DNA of 64,000 bases from positions 23,312,001 to 23,376,000 of the forward strand of contig NC_042997.1 of the NCBI RefSeq assembly GCF_006345805.1, in the 5' to 3' direction. Every line of letters starts with the position of its first letter. Position 1 is the first letter of the stretch. A program made the position numbers and the translations under genes. Source of the DNA: Octopus sinensis. Lineage: Eukaryota. The notes below the pieces were generated by a model, which was not told the DNA's origin, did no database searches, and was given only the letters and a program-made list of their open reading frames with translations. This document shows positions 13,178-25,657 of the stretch, piece by piece.

Positions 13178-13524
13178 CTGAAAAACACAAAAGAAATTTA
13201 TATTTATGAAAATTGCATTTAATAAAATTTAGTTTTGTTTCAAGAACCACTTCCATATCTTATCATTAACATAAAAACTACTAGAAATACCTAAAACAAA
13301 AATCAAGTTTAACATTTCTCTATTACTTTAGCTTTGGCTAAATTTAGTAACAATAAAAAGTTCATTCAGTAAATATGGATTTGAAAAGATTAAACCCTTT
13401 CATTCTCTTCTCAAAATAATATATTCAGATTTCTAAAAGAACATCCTCTCCTGCTTCCCCTTCACTTCCTCTTCCTCCTGTTTTAATTTCTTCTATCTGG
13501 AAATCTTTTGTTTCTATAGAAGGT

Positions 13525-13900
13525 ATTCATCATCATCATCATCATCGTTTAGCGTCCATTTTCCATGCTAGCATGGGTTGGACGGTTCTACTGGGGTCTG
13601 TGAAGCCAGAAGGCTTCATCAGGCCCAGTCAAATCTGGCAGTGTTTCCACGGCTGGATGCCCTTCCTAATGCCAACCACTCCGTGAGTGTAGTGGGTGCT
13701 TTTTACGTGCCACCCGCACAGGTGCCAGACAGAGCTGGCAAACGGCCACGAACGGATGGTGCTTTTTATGTGCCACCGGCACGAGGGCCAGGCGAGGCTG
13801 GCAACGGACACGAAACAGGGCGGTGCTGGCAACAGTCGCGAAACGGAAGGTTTTCTTACATGCCACCGGCACTGGTAACACATCTGCAATTTCCATTGAT
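13525..13900 (-). mobile_element. RTE-family 3' end with internal GTGCCACCGGCAC repeats
   Basis: Same conserved block. Further copies at 880-1050(+), 9425-9481(+), 32930-33090(+), 49050-49230(-) and 50630-50930(-). Confidence 0.8.
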
Positions 13901-14779
13901 CGATTTCATAACATAAAAGATATTGTGCCTTTGACAACGGTGAAGTTTTCACTGTTGACTCTTTATCCTTGGCAAGATCAGTAACTTCATTAAATGCAAT
14001 ACTGCATATAGAAAGATATTCATTAACTTGGGAAGTGTATATCTGTTGCAATGATCCTCCAACATAAGACTCTGTTGCTTACTGTTGTAATTCAAAAACG
14101 TGTCTAGCAATATATTTAGGTTTCTCAATGCATGTCAATAAAAATTAATTTCTAATGTAACCTCCTGTCAGCTGAGAAAGTCTGCACTCATTGTAGTGAG
14201 TGTGTGCGATTTGAATATAGAGGCACCTACCTTCTCTTCGTGGTGACGGAGATCCTCCAGAGATGGCTGGTCCTTCCTCACAGCCCTACCCGAACACTAA
14301 CAATAGCAGCTGCTAGCCCCAAACCCTTTAGCGACTTCCTCGCACGTCTTGTTGCCAGCACGACCCACGTTGGAAAGGTCAACTTCCGCCCCCTGCACAC
14401 GCTTGACGGCTGACCCCTTCCACTTGCCCCAGCTTCCGGTCAACGCACCCCGCTGCTGACGTCCGGCTGCTGACGTCATCCCACACTCATGTCATTACCT
14501 GTTCATTATTATATTTTTTTCTGGAAAATGGATCTAAGATCAAACCATACAGGACATCATGCTCTTCTAGAAATAGCTGAACTAATTTCTATTTCTGTAA
14601 TAAAATATAAAATAAAATAGAGTGTGATGATCTATAGTCTGGTGGTCACTCAGAAAACTAAGGGTTGATAATTAGCTAGTGAAAGCAATATAAACCATAT
14701 CCAAACATACTGTCAGTAAAGAGAGGATTAGCAATATGTTTAGCAAGTAATTTGGAGAGGCTAAGGATCTAGCCTCTCA

Positions 14780-15900
14780 GGCCTGCTGGTCATCTCATAC
14801 ATGGATCAACTTGAATGCAAGGAACTTAACACCACTCATGCATCGTTTTCTCAAGGTATGTTGACAATGTGCTGATGCTCACCTTGTCTTGGGAGGAGGC
14901 ATCATCAAATTTTCGACAATGTCAACAACCACACATCAAATTTCAAATTGAACATCCAGATTAGTCTCGAACCATTTCTCTGCTGGATTTCCAAAACAAG
15001 ATCACAGAGGAGGGTCCCATCTATTCAAATTTTTATAGAAAAGTGGCCAGTAGGAATCTGTTTGTACACTACAAATCAACCCTGCCCACCAGAGCCAAAG
15101 CTGCATATGTGCAAAATGAGACCACATGCATGCATAAGAAACAGATGCAGCAAAACTACTGACAAAGCTATGGACACCAAGAGGTTCCACAAGAACTTAG
15201 CGAACAATGGCTATACACGATCTGTAGCTAAATGGCTACCTACAAAACACAAAAGTAAGTATACCACATAAGAAGGTTCATAATCACAAGTTCAAAAAGT
15301 ACTTTCTTAAACTGCCTTACTTTGACAACAGGACAACTGCAGCTATAAAACATGCGATCCGCAGGGAGGGACTCAACATACAGATGGTGCACACCAGTCC
15401 ATCACTGAAGAAATTTCTGTTGAGGAAGAATACCACAGATAGCATGATGGGATGCACACTAACTAATTGCCCCATCAACAACATAAAAACATGCTTGAGG
15501 GCCTATGTGGGATACAGAGTAGTCTGCAGTAAATGTGGGCAGCCTACATAGGGAGCACCACCAGGAAATTGCACATCTTTATAAAAGAACATACACACAT
15601 GGACACTTTAATAAAGAAACACCTAAAGAAGTGTCAAACCCAGAATTTTAAAGTTTCTATCAGGCCACCCAACGCTACAGGAACAATCTCAGAATCACTG
15701 AGACCAGCCATTAACAACATGAAGTAACTACATGAAGCAGACTGATTGCTATAGCAACGCCAGTCTGCACATGTCACCATCCTCCTTCCTCTCTCACACA
15801 TTTGAGTAACGGCTTTATCAAACTACCACTTTTTCCTGATATCCTGAAGAAGGGGCCATGACCCCAAAATATAGAAATACAAGGTAAAGCTGCAACTCTG
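14780..15900 (+). mobile_element. Decayed Penelope-like element, 3' part (RT thumb + GIY-YIG)
   Basis: Reading across frameshifts gives YRKVASRNLFVHYKSTLP, LANNGY and AAYIGSTTRKLHIFIKEH. A hammerhead remnant follows at 15844-15875. Confidence 0.75.
15839..15879 (+). ncRNA. Degenerate hammerhead remnant
   Basis: CTGAAGA-A-GGGG-CCATGA-CCCC-AAAATATA. The 3' core looks like GAAACGTA after CpG-type decay. Confidence 0.45.
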
Positions 15901-16009
15901 CTTTGTTTTCTTTCCCTTTTGTAGTTTACTTTGTACCTTCTTACATTGTTCCAGCTACTGTCACATTCTGTGCAGAGAACAACTTCTGTGGAGAGAACAG
16001 CTTGTCACA

Positions 16010-16845
16010 TTCCAGGGAGAAAAGCTACAAGTAGTTGATAGCTTCTGTTACCTAAGTGACCAAGTCAGTAGCCGGGGTAGATGCTCTGAGAGCGTAGCTA
16101 GTAGAATAAGAATAGCCTGAGCAAAGTTCAGGGAGCGCCTACCTCTGCTGGTGACAAAGGGTCTCTTGCACAGAATGAAAGGTAGACTGTATGATGCATG
16201 TGTGTGAACAGCCATGCTACATGGCTATGAAACATGAGCTGTGACTGCTGAAGACATGCATAGGGTTGAAAGAAATGAAGCTAGTATGCTCCACTGGATG
16301 AGTAATGTCAGTGTGCATATAAGACAGAGTGTAAATGACCTGAGAGAAAAGTTGGGCATAAGGAGCATCAGATGTGCTGTGCAAGAGAGACGACTGCATT
16401 GGTATGGTCATGTGTTGCATATGGATGAGGAGAGCTGTATAAAGAAGTATCACAACCTAACAGTGGAAGGAACCTGTGGAATAGGTGAACCCAGGGATGA
16501 GGTGGTGAAGTGCAACCTTTGAACATTGGGCCTCACTAAGGCAATGACAAGTGACCGAAAACCTTTGGAGATATGCTGTGCTTGAGAAGACCTATTGAGT
16601 CAAGCAAAATTGTAGTAATGTCTGATGCCAGTGCCACCTAACTGGCACCTGTGTCGGTGGCATGTAAAAAGTACCCACAATACTCTCAGTGGTTGGCATT
16701 AGGAAGGGCATCCAGCTGTAGAAACTTTGCCAGATCAGAATGGAGCCTGGTGCAGCCTCCTGGCTCGCTAGTCCTCAGTCAAACTGTCGAACCCATACCA
16801 GCATGGAAAGCATACATTAAACAATGATGATGATGATGATGATGA
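16010..16845 (+). mobile_element. 5'-truncated RTE LINE (same family)
   Basis: KLQVVDSFCYL..., DMHRVERNEASMLHWM, RRLHWYGHV; same 3' UTR and (GAT)n tail. Confidence 0.85.
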
Positions 16846-17576
16846 ATATTGTGAAAGACTTTGAAAATAAAACTTTATTTGTGGTTAAAGGTTTTAATGT
16901 TCAACTGGTTCTATATCTTCAATCTGTCAATGTATCTGTTGATAGATTCAGTGATAGATAGGAGTGAGAAAGGCTGATACTTAAATCTAAGTGAAATAAC
17001 CTTTGCAAATAGTTGTGGATGTTACTTATACCTTTTTATGTATAGCAGCCCAGTGGCTGAGGCTGTGCTGGGGCACTGCAATTCTTTAGGTTTTATTTTT
17101 AGTTATTTGCTTTAAATGTTTATCATTATTGTTAGAGTAGAGAGATACATACATTGACAGAACCATAAGTAGAATAGACAGACAGATAGCCTACAACTTT
17201 AATACTACCTATATGGATTTTTACACGCTCTCAAGAATCAAATGTTTCAGAAAAATATACAATTCTATCATACAATTGATAAAATAACTGGAATTTCCAG
17301 TGGGGTACTGCTAGTTGCAAATAAATGTTTTAAGTGAAAATGATGGTCTTTATAAAGCAATATATTTAATGAATATCTGAGATGATAAGAACTGATAATT
17401 TATCTTTTTTTTTTAGTCTTTTACTCTGTTGGTTTGGAGGAAGGACTGTGCCAGTGGATTTTGCAGTCTCTCTGAGATCGATGTGCTTAACATGACCGCT
17501 GTAAGAAAAACATGTGCACAGAGGGAAGCAATCTATAAAACCATAATAAAACAAAACTATATTTGCCAATACATAC

Positions 17577-17809
17577 CATAACACCAAGTTTGACATCTAT
17601 AGAACCTCTACCATAAATGTAACCCTCATGGAGTTCAGCTGCAAAAGGATCAAATTTCCAGTTTTCTTCTGTAACAGGAACTACATCTAAATGTGCTCCC
17701 AGCAAATAGGGAGTAAGAGTTTTATCACTTCCTTCAATTGTATACAGTAGGCTGTAATTAGCCACAACTTCATATTTTACAAACGGTGACTTTTGGACAG
17801 TTGGATACG
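17577..17809 (-). CDS. PM20D1: PM20D1-like paralog A, coding exon 2 (233 nt)
   Basis: TTTCAG acceptor, GTATGT donor. Encodes (T)YPTVQKSPFVKYEVVANYSLLYTIEGSDKTLTPYLLGAHLDVVP...GYIYGRGSIDVKLGVM, with the M20 metal-ligand motifs HxD and GRGxxD. Confidence 0.96.
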
Positions 17810-18543
17810 CTGAAACATACAAAATATAAATAAACTTAAAATAGTAATCAAATAATGCTTAGCTTGAAGGAAATTTCCTTCAAACCACACCAGTTCTTCA
17901 TAGAAAAGGATCACATAGCTGTTAATGTAATTAAAGAACAATTGCAGATAAAAAAAAATAGTGGGGCTGATCATAAATGCTATGTCTTCAGACCAATGGG
18001 GACAACCTCAGAATTAACCCTTTCGTTACCAACCCGGCTGAAATCGGCTCTGGTTCTGTAATGCAAATGTCTTGTTTTCATAAGTTTTGAATCAAAATCT
18101 TCCATCAAACCTTAGTCACAATTTATGTTCCTAACACTAGCTGAATGATAACCAAATTATTTTACTAATTTCTTTGTAATATTTAAAGTAATTGAAAGAA
18201 ACACAGAGCATTTCAAAATAAATACAGTAACGAAAGGGTTAAAGAGCAAGTGAACTCACAAGGGTGTCTCTACAGGATAGAAATAGGAGTCAAATTTCAT
18301 TCAAATCACTTTCTGTTGCTTTAAGTATGATTACATACATACAAACATACATACACACACACACATGTATACAGATATGATCAAACAAATTCCAAGGTGG
18401 TCTGCCACCACAGGGCATGTATTATCTAGTAAAGTTAATGAAAGGAGTACAGTGAACTTGCTGTGTTGAGTAAAGAATCAAACATTTTGGACAGGATTCT
18501 TTGACAGGGTAAAGTTGACAGTAGAGGAGAGAAATTGATTATA

Positions 18544-18828
18544 TCTATATATATAAAACTGTAGTTGTGTGAGTGTCTGTCCCCTTCGATTTAGATTCCT
18601 AACTACTCCCACATTTTGCGGTGCAGTTTAACCAAATTCGGGTATCTTATAGTCGTGATTCATATCGAGCCTGTCTGAGTATTAGTGCGCATCTACGATG
18701 AGTCTACGATTTTTAATGCATTTTTCCATTTTTAATGCATTTTTTGCTATTTTTTGGCTATAACTCTCTAAAAATGCTTTATAGTTATTTCCCTTACAAA
18801 CCTGAGCAACGCCGGGCGATACTGCTAG
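18544..18828 (+). mobile_element. Non-autonomous Helitron
   Basis: A|TCTATATATATAAAA ... GCAACGCCGGGCGATACTGCTAG|T. Confidence 0.8.
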
Positions 18829-18974
18829 TTATATATAGAGGACTATATATAGAGGAAGTGGTGAATAAACTGTTGTCTAAATTACGCAAAAATGAAAACA
18901 ACACTAACATCTTATTTTAACAAATATATTTACCAAAATTACATAAAAATATTCTGAAATACCAAAGAGAAAAT

Positions 18975-19590
18975 TTATTCAATAAAGTCGTCATTGGCTT
19001 CAACTACGGCTTCCAGACAACTTTGGAATCTCCTGCAACTCTTCTGGATGGTCTGCTTGTTTAAGTTGGTGAAAGCTGTCATAATCCTTGCTTTCAATTC
19101 ATCTTCGGTGTTACAAGAAGTTTTGTTTGTCTCTCGCTCAACTGCACCCCACACATAATAATCAAGGGGGTCGCAGTCTGGGGAGTTAGATGACCAGATG
19201 TTAGGGGTGATGTGGACACAGAAATTATCTGACAGCCATGATTATGTAACATAGTGCAGAGTCCTGTTGCCAGACATATGGTCTTCCAGCAGCCACTCTC
19301 TTGACCCAGGGCAGCATTACCTCCTCCACGCATTTGATGTAGGCTTCCGTGTTGAGTCTGAGGCCATGTGAGAAGATGATTGGAGGTATAATGTCACCAT
19401 CACTAGTGATCAATCCAAACATCATGATGTTGGCTAGGTGTTTGATATTTATCGCTCTCGGTACATACCCTCAGATTGACACTCAAACACTCTGAAATGT
19501 TCGTATTGGAACTTCTTGTATGAATGCCAAGCAGTACAGTATGTCGTTTCTGGCAGAGTGAATTGTGCCATGGTGCTGTTTTTCTCAGAT
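18975..19590 (-). mobile_element. Tc1/mariner (DD37D-like) transposase fragment
   Basis: MMFGLITSDGDIIPP..GLRLNTEAYIK..LPWVKRVAAGRPYVWQQDSA. A second frame has NSPDC/PLDYY-type sequence and ends ..CLEAVVEANDDFIE. Confidence 0.8.
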
Positions 19591-19594
19591 ATTG

Positions 19595-21400
19595 TTTAAG
19601 CAAAAGAGATTTGTGAATAATGATCTTTTTTTTTTAGCAGCCCCATCCTACCAATTTTGTAGCCACTACGTATAATGACCTTTTTGGTTAAAAAAAAAGT
19701 AAATATTTTCAGACGAAAGGGTGTGTGATTAAAAAGAGATTTGGCTGTTGTTTCTAACATACCCCATGACCACCTTCCCCATTTCTTTCTCATTCTGACA
19801 AGTATTAATGTTTTTGAAAATTTTCTCCCCAATCATAGCATGAACTTGTGTTGTTAAATTTTTGGTTAATATTTACTTTAACACTCAGCCACCAAAACAA
19901 GAAAAAAACAAGTTTTAAAAAACAGGTGTAAAAAAAATGTGTATTAAATGTATATGAAAACAAAAATTTGCATCAACAAACCGAGGGGAGGGGAGAGGAC
20001 TTTCGGAAAATTCACACGATCCGATTTTTTCCCCTCATAACTTTTAGGAAAATGGATATCTTTTAATGAAATTTTATGTAAATACTTTTCAAACAGCATA
20101 AATAACAATTATAATGATATTTGAGGAGGAAAATTTTTTCCGTTGGGGTGAGGAGAGGACTTTCGAATAGAAGGAAATTCATAAATTATCTTTTTGCTAG
20201 AGTGTAATGGAAAAACGTTTGAAAAAGATTTTTTACAATCATTTATTCGTTTGAGTTATAGAAAAAGGTTTTAAAAAAGATCCCAACAGTGGAGATGTGC
20301 TAAAAACAAAAGTTAAATCGTCCTTAAATTTTTCCATAGTGAAACCATATTCAACATCGTATTTATGAATTTATTTCTATCACCATACTCTCTTTTATTC
20401 TTTTATTTGTTTCAGTCATTTGACTGTGGCCATGCTGGAGCACTGCCTTTAGTCGAGCAAATCAACCCCGGGACTTATTCTTTGTAAGCCCAGTACTTAT
20501 TCTATCAGTCTATTTTGCTGAACCGCTAGGTGACGGAGACGTAAACCCACCAGCATCGGTTGTCAAGCAATGCTAGGGGGACAAACACAGACACACACAT
20601 ACATATATACGACAGGCTTCTTTCAGTTTCCATCTACCAAATCCACTCACAAGGCATTGGTCCGCAAAAGACACTTGCCCAAGATGCCACGCAGTGGGAC
20701 TGAACCCGAAACCATGTGGTTGGTAAGCAAACTACTTACCACACAGCCACTCCTGCGCCTAATACATGGAATCTTTTTAAAAACCTTTTTCCATTACTCT
20801 AAATGAATCTAAATTTCTTTTTGGTTTCAAACTTTTTTCCATTATACTCAAGTAAAAAAATAATTTATGAATTTCTTTCTCTTTAAAAGTCCTTCCCCAC
20901 CACTTTGGAAAATTCCCCCTCCCCCCACAAATTTCTTTATAATCATTTGAAAGGTATTTATATAAAATTACTTTAAAAGATATCCATTTTCCTAAAAGTT
21001 ATGAGGGAAAAAAATCGGATTTTGGGAATTTTCTGAAAGTCCCCTCCCCACGGCTTGTTAGCGCAAGTTTTTGATTTCATATTTGTTTAATACACATTTT
21101 TTACACAAGTTTATTTTTTGTGTGTGTGTTGAAGTAAACATTAACCAATTTTTTTTGAAAATTTATGATTTTTATTAACCCTAACACTTACTGGTCATGG
21201 GATATGCTAGAAATAACAACCAAATCTCCCTTAAATCACACACCTTCTCGTCTGAAAATATTTACTTTTTTTTTTCCTTCTTTTTACCGTTTTTAAGTGC
21301 GTAGTACCCGCAAAATCGACCAAAATCGGTCCGGGGAGAAGATGGGGGTTTAACAAATAACAAACATCATTTATCGTAATTTTTTGTTTGCTAAAAAGAT
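19595..21400. mobile_element. Large diverged foldback element with a SINE in its spacer
   Basis: 19600-20230 mirrors 20800-21400, e.g. TTTTCCCCTCATAACTTTTAGGAAAATGGATATCTTTT vs AAAAGATATCCATTTTCCTAAAAGTTATGAGGGAAAAA. Confidence 0.8.
20386..20759 (-). mobile_element. tRNA-derived cephalopod SINE
   Basis: Head GGCGCAGGAGTGGCTGTGTGGTAAG..GGTTCAGTCCC (A/B boxes), central CA/TA microsatellite, GAAACAA(A)TAAAAGA tail. Confidence 0.9.
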
Positions 21401-21494
21401 AGTCTAAAGCATTTCCAAGGACACTTTGAAAAAAAAATCTGAAAAATCACCCTCAAAACGGAGAAATTCAAACTTGGTGGAGCTTCGTAAGTCC

Positions 21495-21975
21495 GACGTT
21501 CGGTAAAATTACAGATTAACACCCGCACGATTTTCACGAAGAAAAAAAAAATAACTCGGATTTTTTGCGTGGAATCAAGTACCCGACCTCCTAATATGCT
21601 GGAAATCCCATATTTTGTTTCGGAATTGGTCCGGAGTGGGGGGGTAACTCCCCCCCCCCCCCCGAATTTTCACACAAAAAAGAAATGATTTTTTGCGTGG
21701 AATCAAGTACTGTGGCAGCCCCCCCCTTCCGAACCCAAATATGGGATTTACAGCATATTACGAGGTCACAGTACTTGATTCCACGCAAAAAATCATTTCT
21801 TTTCTGGGTGAAAAATCGCCCCCCCCCCTCCGGACCAATTCCGAAACAAAATATGGGATTTCCAGGATATTAGGAGGTCAGGGTACTCGATTCCACGCAA
21901 AAAATCCGAGTTTTTTTTTTTTTTCCTTCGTGAAAATCGTGCGGGTGTTAATCTGCAATTTTACCCGACGTTCGC
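21495..21975. mobile_element. Nested-palindrome MITE (family shared with 31471-31967)
   Basis: Outer arms of about 150 bp (ATTAACACCCGCACGATTTTCACGAAG...) plus an inner inverted repeat reusing the TTTTTGCGTGGAATCAAGTAC motif. Confidence 0.85.
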
Positions 21976-21989
21976 CTTTCAAAGTTCCA

Positions 21990-22357
21990 TTTATACCTCC
22001 GCCTTATCGAAGGTGGAGGTATTGTTCGGTCGCGTTTGTTTGTATGGTCCGTGGACAAGATATCTCAAGAACTGCTGGATGGTTGCGGATGAAACTTTCA
22101 GGGATGTTTGGCCTCGTGACTGGCACGAGCTGATTAGATTTGGGGATCGATTCAGTATCGGACAAGGAATCTGGATTATTATTTTTCCAGTTTTTTTTTT
22201 TATTAACTTAATTTTTGAGAGCAGTCGGATTCATTTTTAGTATTCCCGTTTGTGAGAGCAGTAGAGTTTATTTCAGATATTCTAATTTTTAAAATTATCT
22301 CCAGCTAATCGTTAAGAGGATGTTGATGTTGCCTTGGCGGAGGTTTGCCCTGAGTAC
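21990..22357 (+). mobile_element. DINE/Helentron-like non-autonomous element
   Basis: TACCTCCGCC..GGTGGAGGTA 5' hairpin, GTTTG(TTTG) microsatellite, 3' GGCGGAGGT sub-terminal repeat. Confidence 0.7.
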
Positions 22358-22779
22358 TCTTGTTACTATCTTATAAATTTTTACCTCCACTTTAACTTTA
22401 CTCTTTTTAACTATCGTGTTTGAAAAAGCGATCAGTAAAATTATGCAAAAACATTAAAAAATGCTTTCAAAATTTGAGGAATCGAAAATGAAAATGTGCG
22501 GCATAATTTTGCGCACCTACGATAACTTTGGTTTTGCGTGAGTGTATGTGAGAGAGAGAGATGTTGACACGGAAAACTCCGTTAAACCTTTTAGCTGAAT
22601 GAATATTGAACTTTGTGTAGAAGTTTTTAGTTCTCTATTTTGACGAGAATTTTTCCAATTTTTTTTTTTCATCACGGCCCTAAACGTTTTTAATATAAAA
22701 GAATTTGGAAAATTCCAAATACGGAAAGACTTCCTTTGTACCTCCTGCCCCCCCCCCCACCAAAAAAAAACACTCCTTA

Positions 22780-23579
22780 AAAATTTGTTTGTCTACACAA
22801 ACCCCCCTTTTCGGCTATGGAGAATACGAATCTGCAACAAAATTGGCAAAAATCAGCATTTTGAAATTACCACCCCGCTATTCTCTTCATTTTTAACTTT
22901 AAAAAACTTTTTTGCTTGTTTTTTTTTCTTCAAAATATGCCGAAAAATATGGAGATTATGATTCTGAAAAAAATTTCCAAAAATTTTTCTGGTTAGGGTT
23001 AGAGTTATGGTTTTAGGGTTTGGGTTGGGGTTTTAGGGCTAGGGTTACGGAAAAAAGTGAAAAATCAAAAAATTGGGGGAGGGGTATGGGGGGAACAGAA
23101 TTTTCAAAATTTCGATTTTTGGCAATTTTCCGGAACCTCTGTATCCGAAAACGTGGGGATTTGGAAAAAAAATAATAATCTGCGAGAAAATGAGGTGGGG
23201 AGGAAGTCTTTCCGAAAATACTTTCTGACGAAAATGTGTCAAGGCAGAATGTGGACCACAACACTTTGTTTTTGTTTTATTTTTGTTTTTTTACAGAATC
23301 CCCAATTTTCGAGTACAGAGATACTGATTTTGCGAAAAAAAAGAAAAAAGAAAAAAGAAAAAACCGCATTTTAAAATTTTAATCACCCCAATTCTTCAAT
23401 TTTCACTTTTTCCAGACATTTTTTTTTTTTTTGAAATACGAAGATTATGATTCTGAAAAAAAATTTTGTAAAATTTCAATTTAAAAAAAAATATAACCCC
23501 TAACCCTAACCCAACCCTAAAATACGCGTAAAACTAACTATTATGGGACGTGGTGTGAGAATTAATATTTTTAAATGCC

Positions 23580-23612
<33 letters not shown>

Positions 23613-23660
23613 AGAATCAGAATCTCCATACTCGAAAATGGGGGGTTTCTGTAAAAAAAC
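22780..23660. repeat. Composite inverted-repeat region with degenerate TTAGGG/CCCTAA tracts
   Basis: TTAGGG-like tract 22993-23048, CCCTAA tract 23497-23520, and 23290-23330 mirrored at 23610-23655. Confidence 0.6.
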
Positions 23661-23689
23661 ACAAAAAGGGATGCGGTCCACATTCTTTA

Positions 23690-24640
23690 CGTTCGCCGTC
23701 ATTTAAGGGAAATTTAGCTGTTGTTTCTAGCACATCCCACAACCACTTTCCTCGTTCCTTCATCACTCACATAATCATGATGTTTTTCAATATTTTTCTC
23801 CCCAAAATGATGATGTAGAAGTACAGGTGGTCCACGGCTGTAATATAGGCAACAACAAAAAAATTGGCGATCTTTCGTCTCTAGTAGACCTTTCCGTCGA
23901 TTTCCGTAAAAAATTTTTTTTTTTTACATATGGGCTTGCGGAAACTTTTGAAGTAATATACATACATATACACATACACCGAGTAAAAAATTTCAGTTAT
24001 CTCTTTCTTTCACACATTACTCTGTCTCTTCACACACACTAACAGAAGCACTTCACTTACACAACATACTGTCTCCCACACCCCATCAAACACACATGTC
24101 CATCAATGCTCCCATGCACGGTAACTTCAAAAGAACTTCCCTCGTTATACAATCGCTTTCTCTTAGTCTCTTTCGCTCTCATTACTTCAAAAGTTCCCGC
24201 AAGCCCATATGTAAAAAAAAAAAAATTTTTTACGGAAATCGACGGAAAGGTCTACTAGAGACGAAAGATTGCCAAAAAGGCGACGAAAGATTGCCAAAAA
24301 ATTTGTAATTTAAATTTTTAACCCTCACCAATTTAATTTTTTAACTGCACCAATCGAGACCATGAATGTGTGTGTGCGCGCACGCATAAGTTGTATTTAC
24401 TAACAGAAAAGTATGCTATTATAATAAATCATCTTTTACATGCCTTCTTTAAAGCACTGTGGATAAACCCCAGCAATGACCTCATGCTCTCCAATATTTT
24501 TAGTAAATATGTTTTTTTTCTTACACATGCACGAACACACACGAATACGCCTGATGCAGCGGGGAGGAAAACCAAAGACGGTACCAGGTTATCGTGGGTT
24601 GGATGTGCTAGAAACAACAGCTAAATCTCCCTTAAATCAC
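23690..24640. mobile_element. Foldback element with a near-perfect 95-bp inner inverted repeat
   Basis: 23864-23957 vs 24181-24274. Outer ATTTAAGGGAAATTTAGCTGTTGTTTCTAGCACATCC mirrored at 24597-24637. Confidence 0.8.
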
Positions 24641-24954
24641 ACTCCTTTTCGTTTTAAAATATTTTCATTTCTTTTTTTTCTATCAAAAAAATGCTTCCCC
24701 GTGGTTTTTTTAAAGTGCGTCGTGCAAAAAAAAAAAAACAAACAAACAAATTTTCATTTGAAAGGCCGTAGTGGGAAAAAAATTGGGAAAATCCCCGTCA
24801 GAACGGAGAAAATCCAACTTATATGGGTGTCCTGATCTGGATCTCCGCCAATTATGTTTCAGTTTTTACCTGTACGTAGGATCCGGAGACGAAGTCACAG
24901 ATTCGTTTCACGGAGGACAATGTAACTATTATAGCGTAATATGTATATAATCCT

Positions 24955-25147
24955 TTCAATTACGAGCACAAGGCCTGAAATTTGGGATAGGGGACTAGTC
25001 GAGTTCATCGATACCAGTGTGAGACTGGTACTTATTTTATCGACCCTAGCCAAGTCAACCTCGGAGGAATTAGAACTTGAAGATGGACAAAATATCGCTT
25101 AGCATTTTGCTTGGTGTGCTAACGATTCTACCAGCTCATCGCCTTAA
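24955..25147 (-). mobile_element. Second short SINE-like family (GCCGAGGTCAACTTTGCCTTTCATCC core)
   Basis: Related copies at 570-715(+), 38000-38150(-), 53290-53430(+) and 61670-61730(+). Confidence 0.65.
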
Positions 25148-25466
25148 TTCTGTATATAATAATTTCTTAGGCAATATTTCAGGACTGCCGATTTCTTACT
25201 TCTTCAAAATATATACAATAGATGAATGATGTGTATCACCATAAAGATAATTGTGCTGCACCTGAGCACTGTTTACAATAATTTCATTATTATTAAAAAA
25301 AAATTTTTCTGCGGAGAATTTTATTGTCGGTGCTTACTGTCACTCATCAAAACAAAATATGGCGCTTCTCCGTCACAACACCTGGAACCTGCTTACATTC
25401 TGGATGAGTGTGGTTTTAGATAAATGACTCTAACTCTAGCAGTATTAAAATAATTATATGAATGAG

Positions 25467-25559
25467 TTAGACACACCTTTTGCATAGAAACCAAAGAATT
25501 AAAGCTTCCACTTAGACACACCTTTTGCATAGAAACCAAAGAATTAAAGCTTCCACTTA
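25467..25559. repeat. Perfect 45-bp direct duplication in intron 1 of paralog A
   Basis: TTAGACACACCTTTTGCATAGAAACCAAAGAATTAAAGCTTCCAC x2. Confidence 0.9.
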
Positions 25560-25657
25560 ACTTATTAATGTCATTAAATATACTGAACATAAAATATTAT
25601 TCATTGCATAATGCTGAAAGGTAGGATAAATAAAATATATATATAGATTGGACATAC

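Noticed and set aside
20700-20759. SINE heads as tRNA genes
   Set aside because: A/B boxes are present, but each runs into a SINE body and tail, and I could not fold a full cloverleaf.
22993-23520. TTAGGG/CCCTAA tracts as a chromosome end or fusion scar
   Set aside because: Short, degenerate, and embedded in repeat families found at several places in the window.
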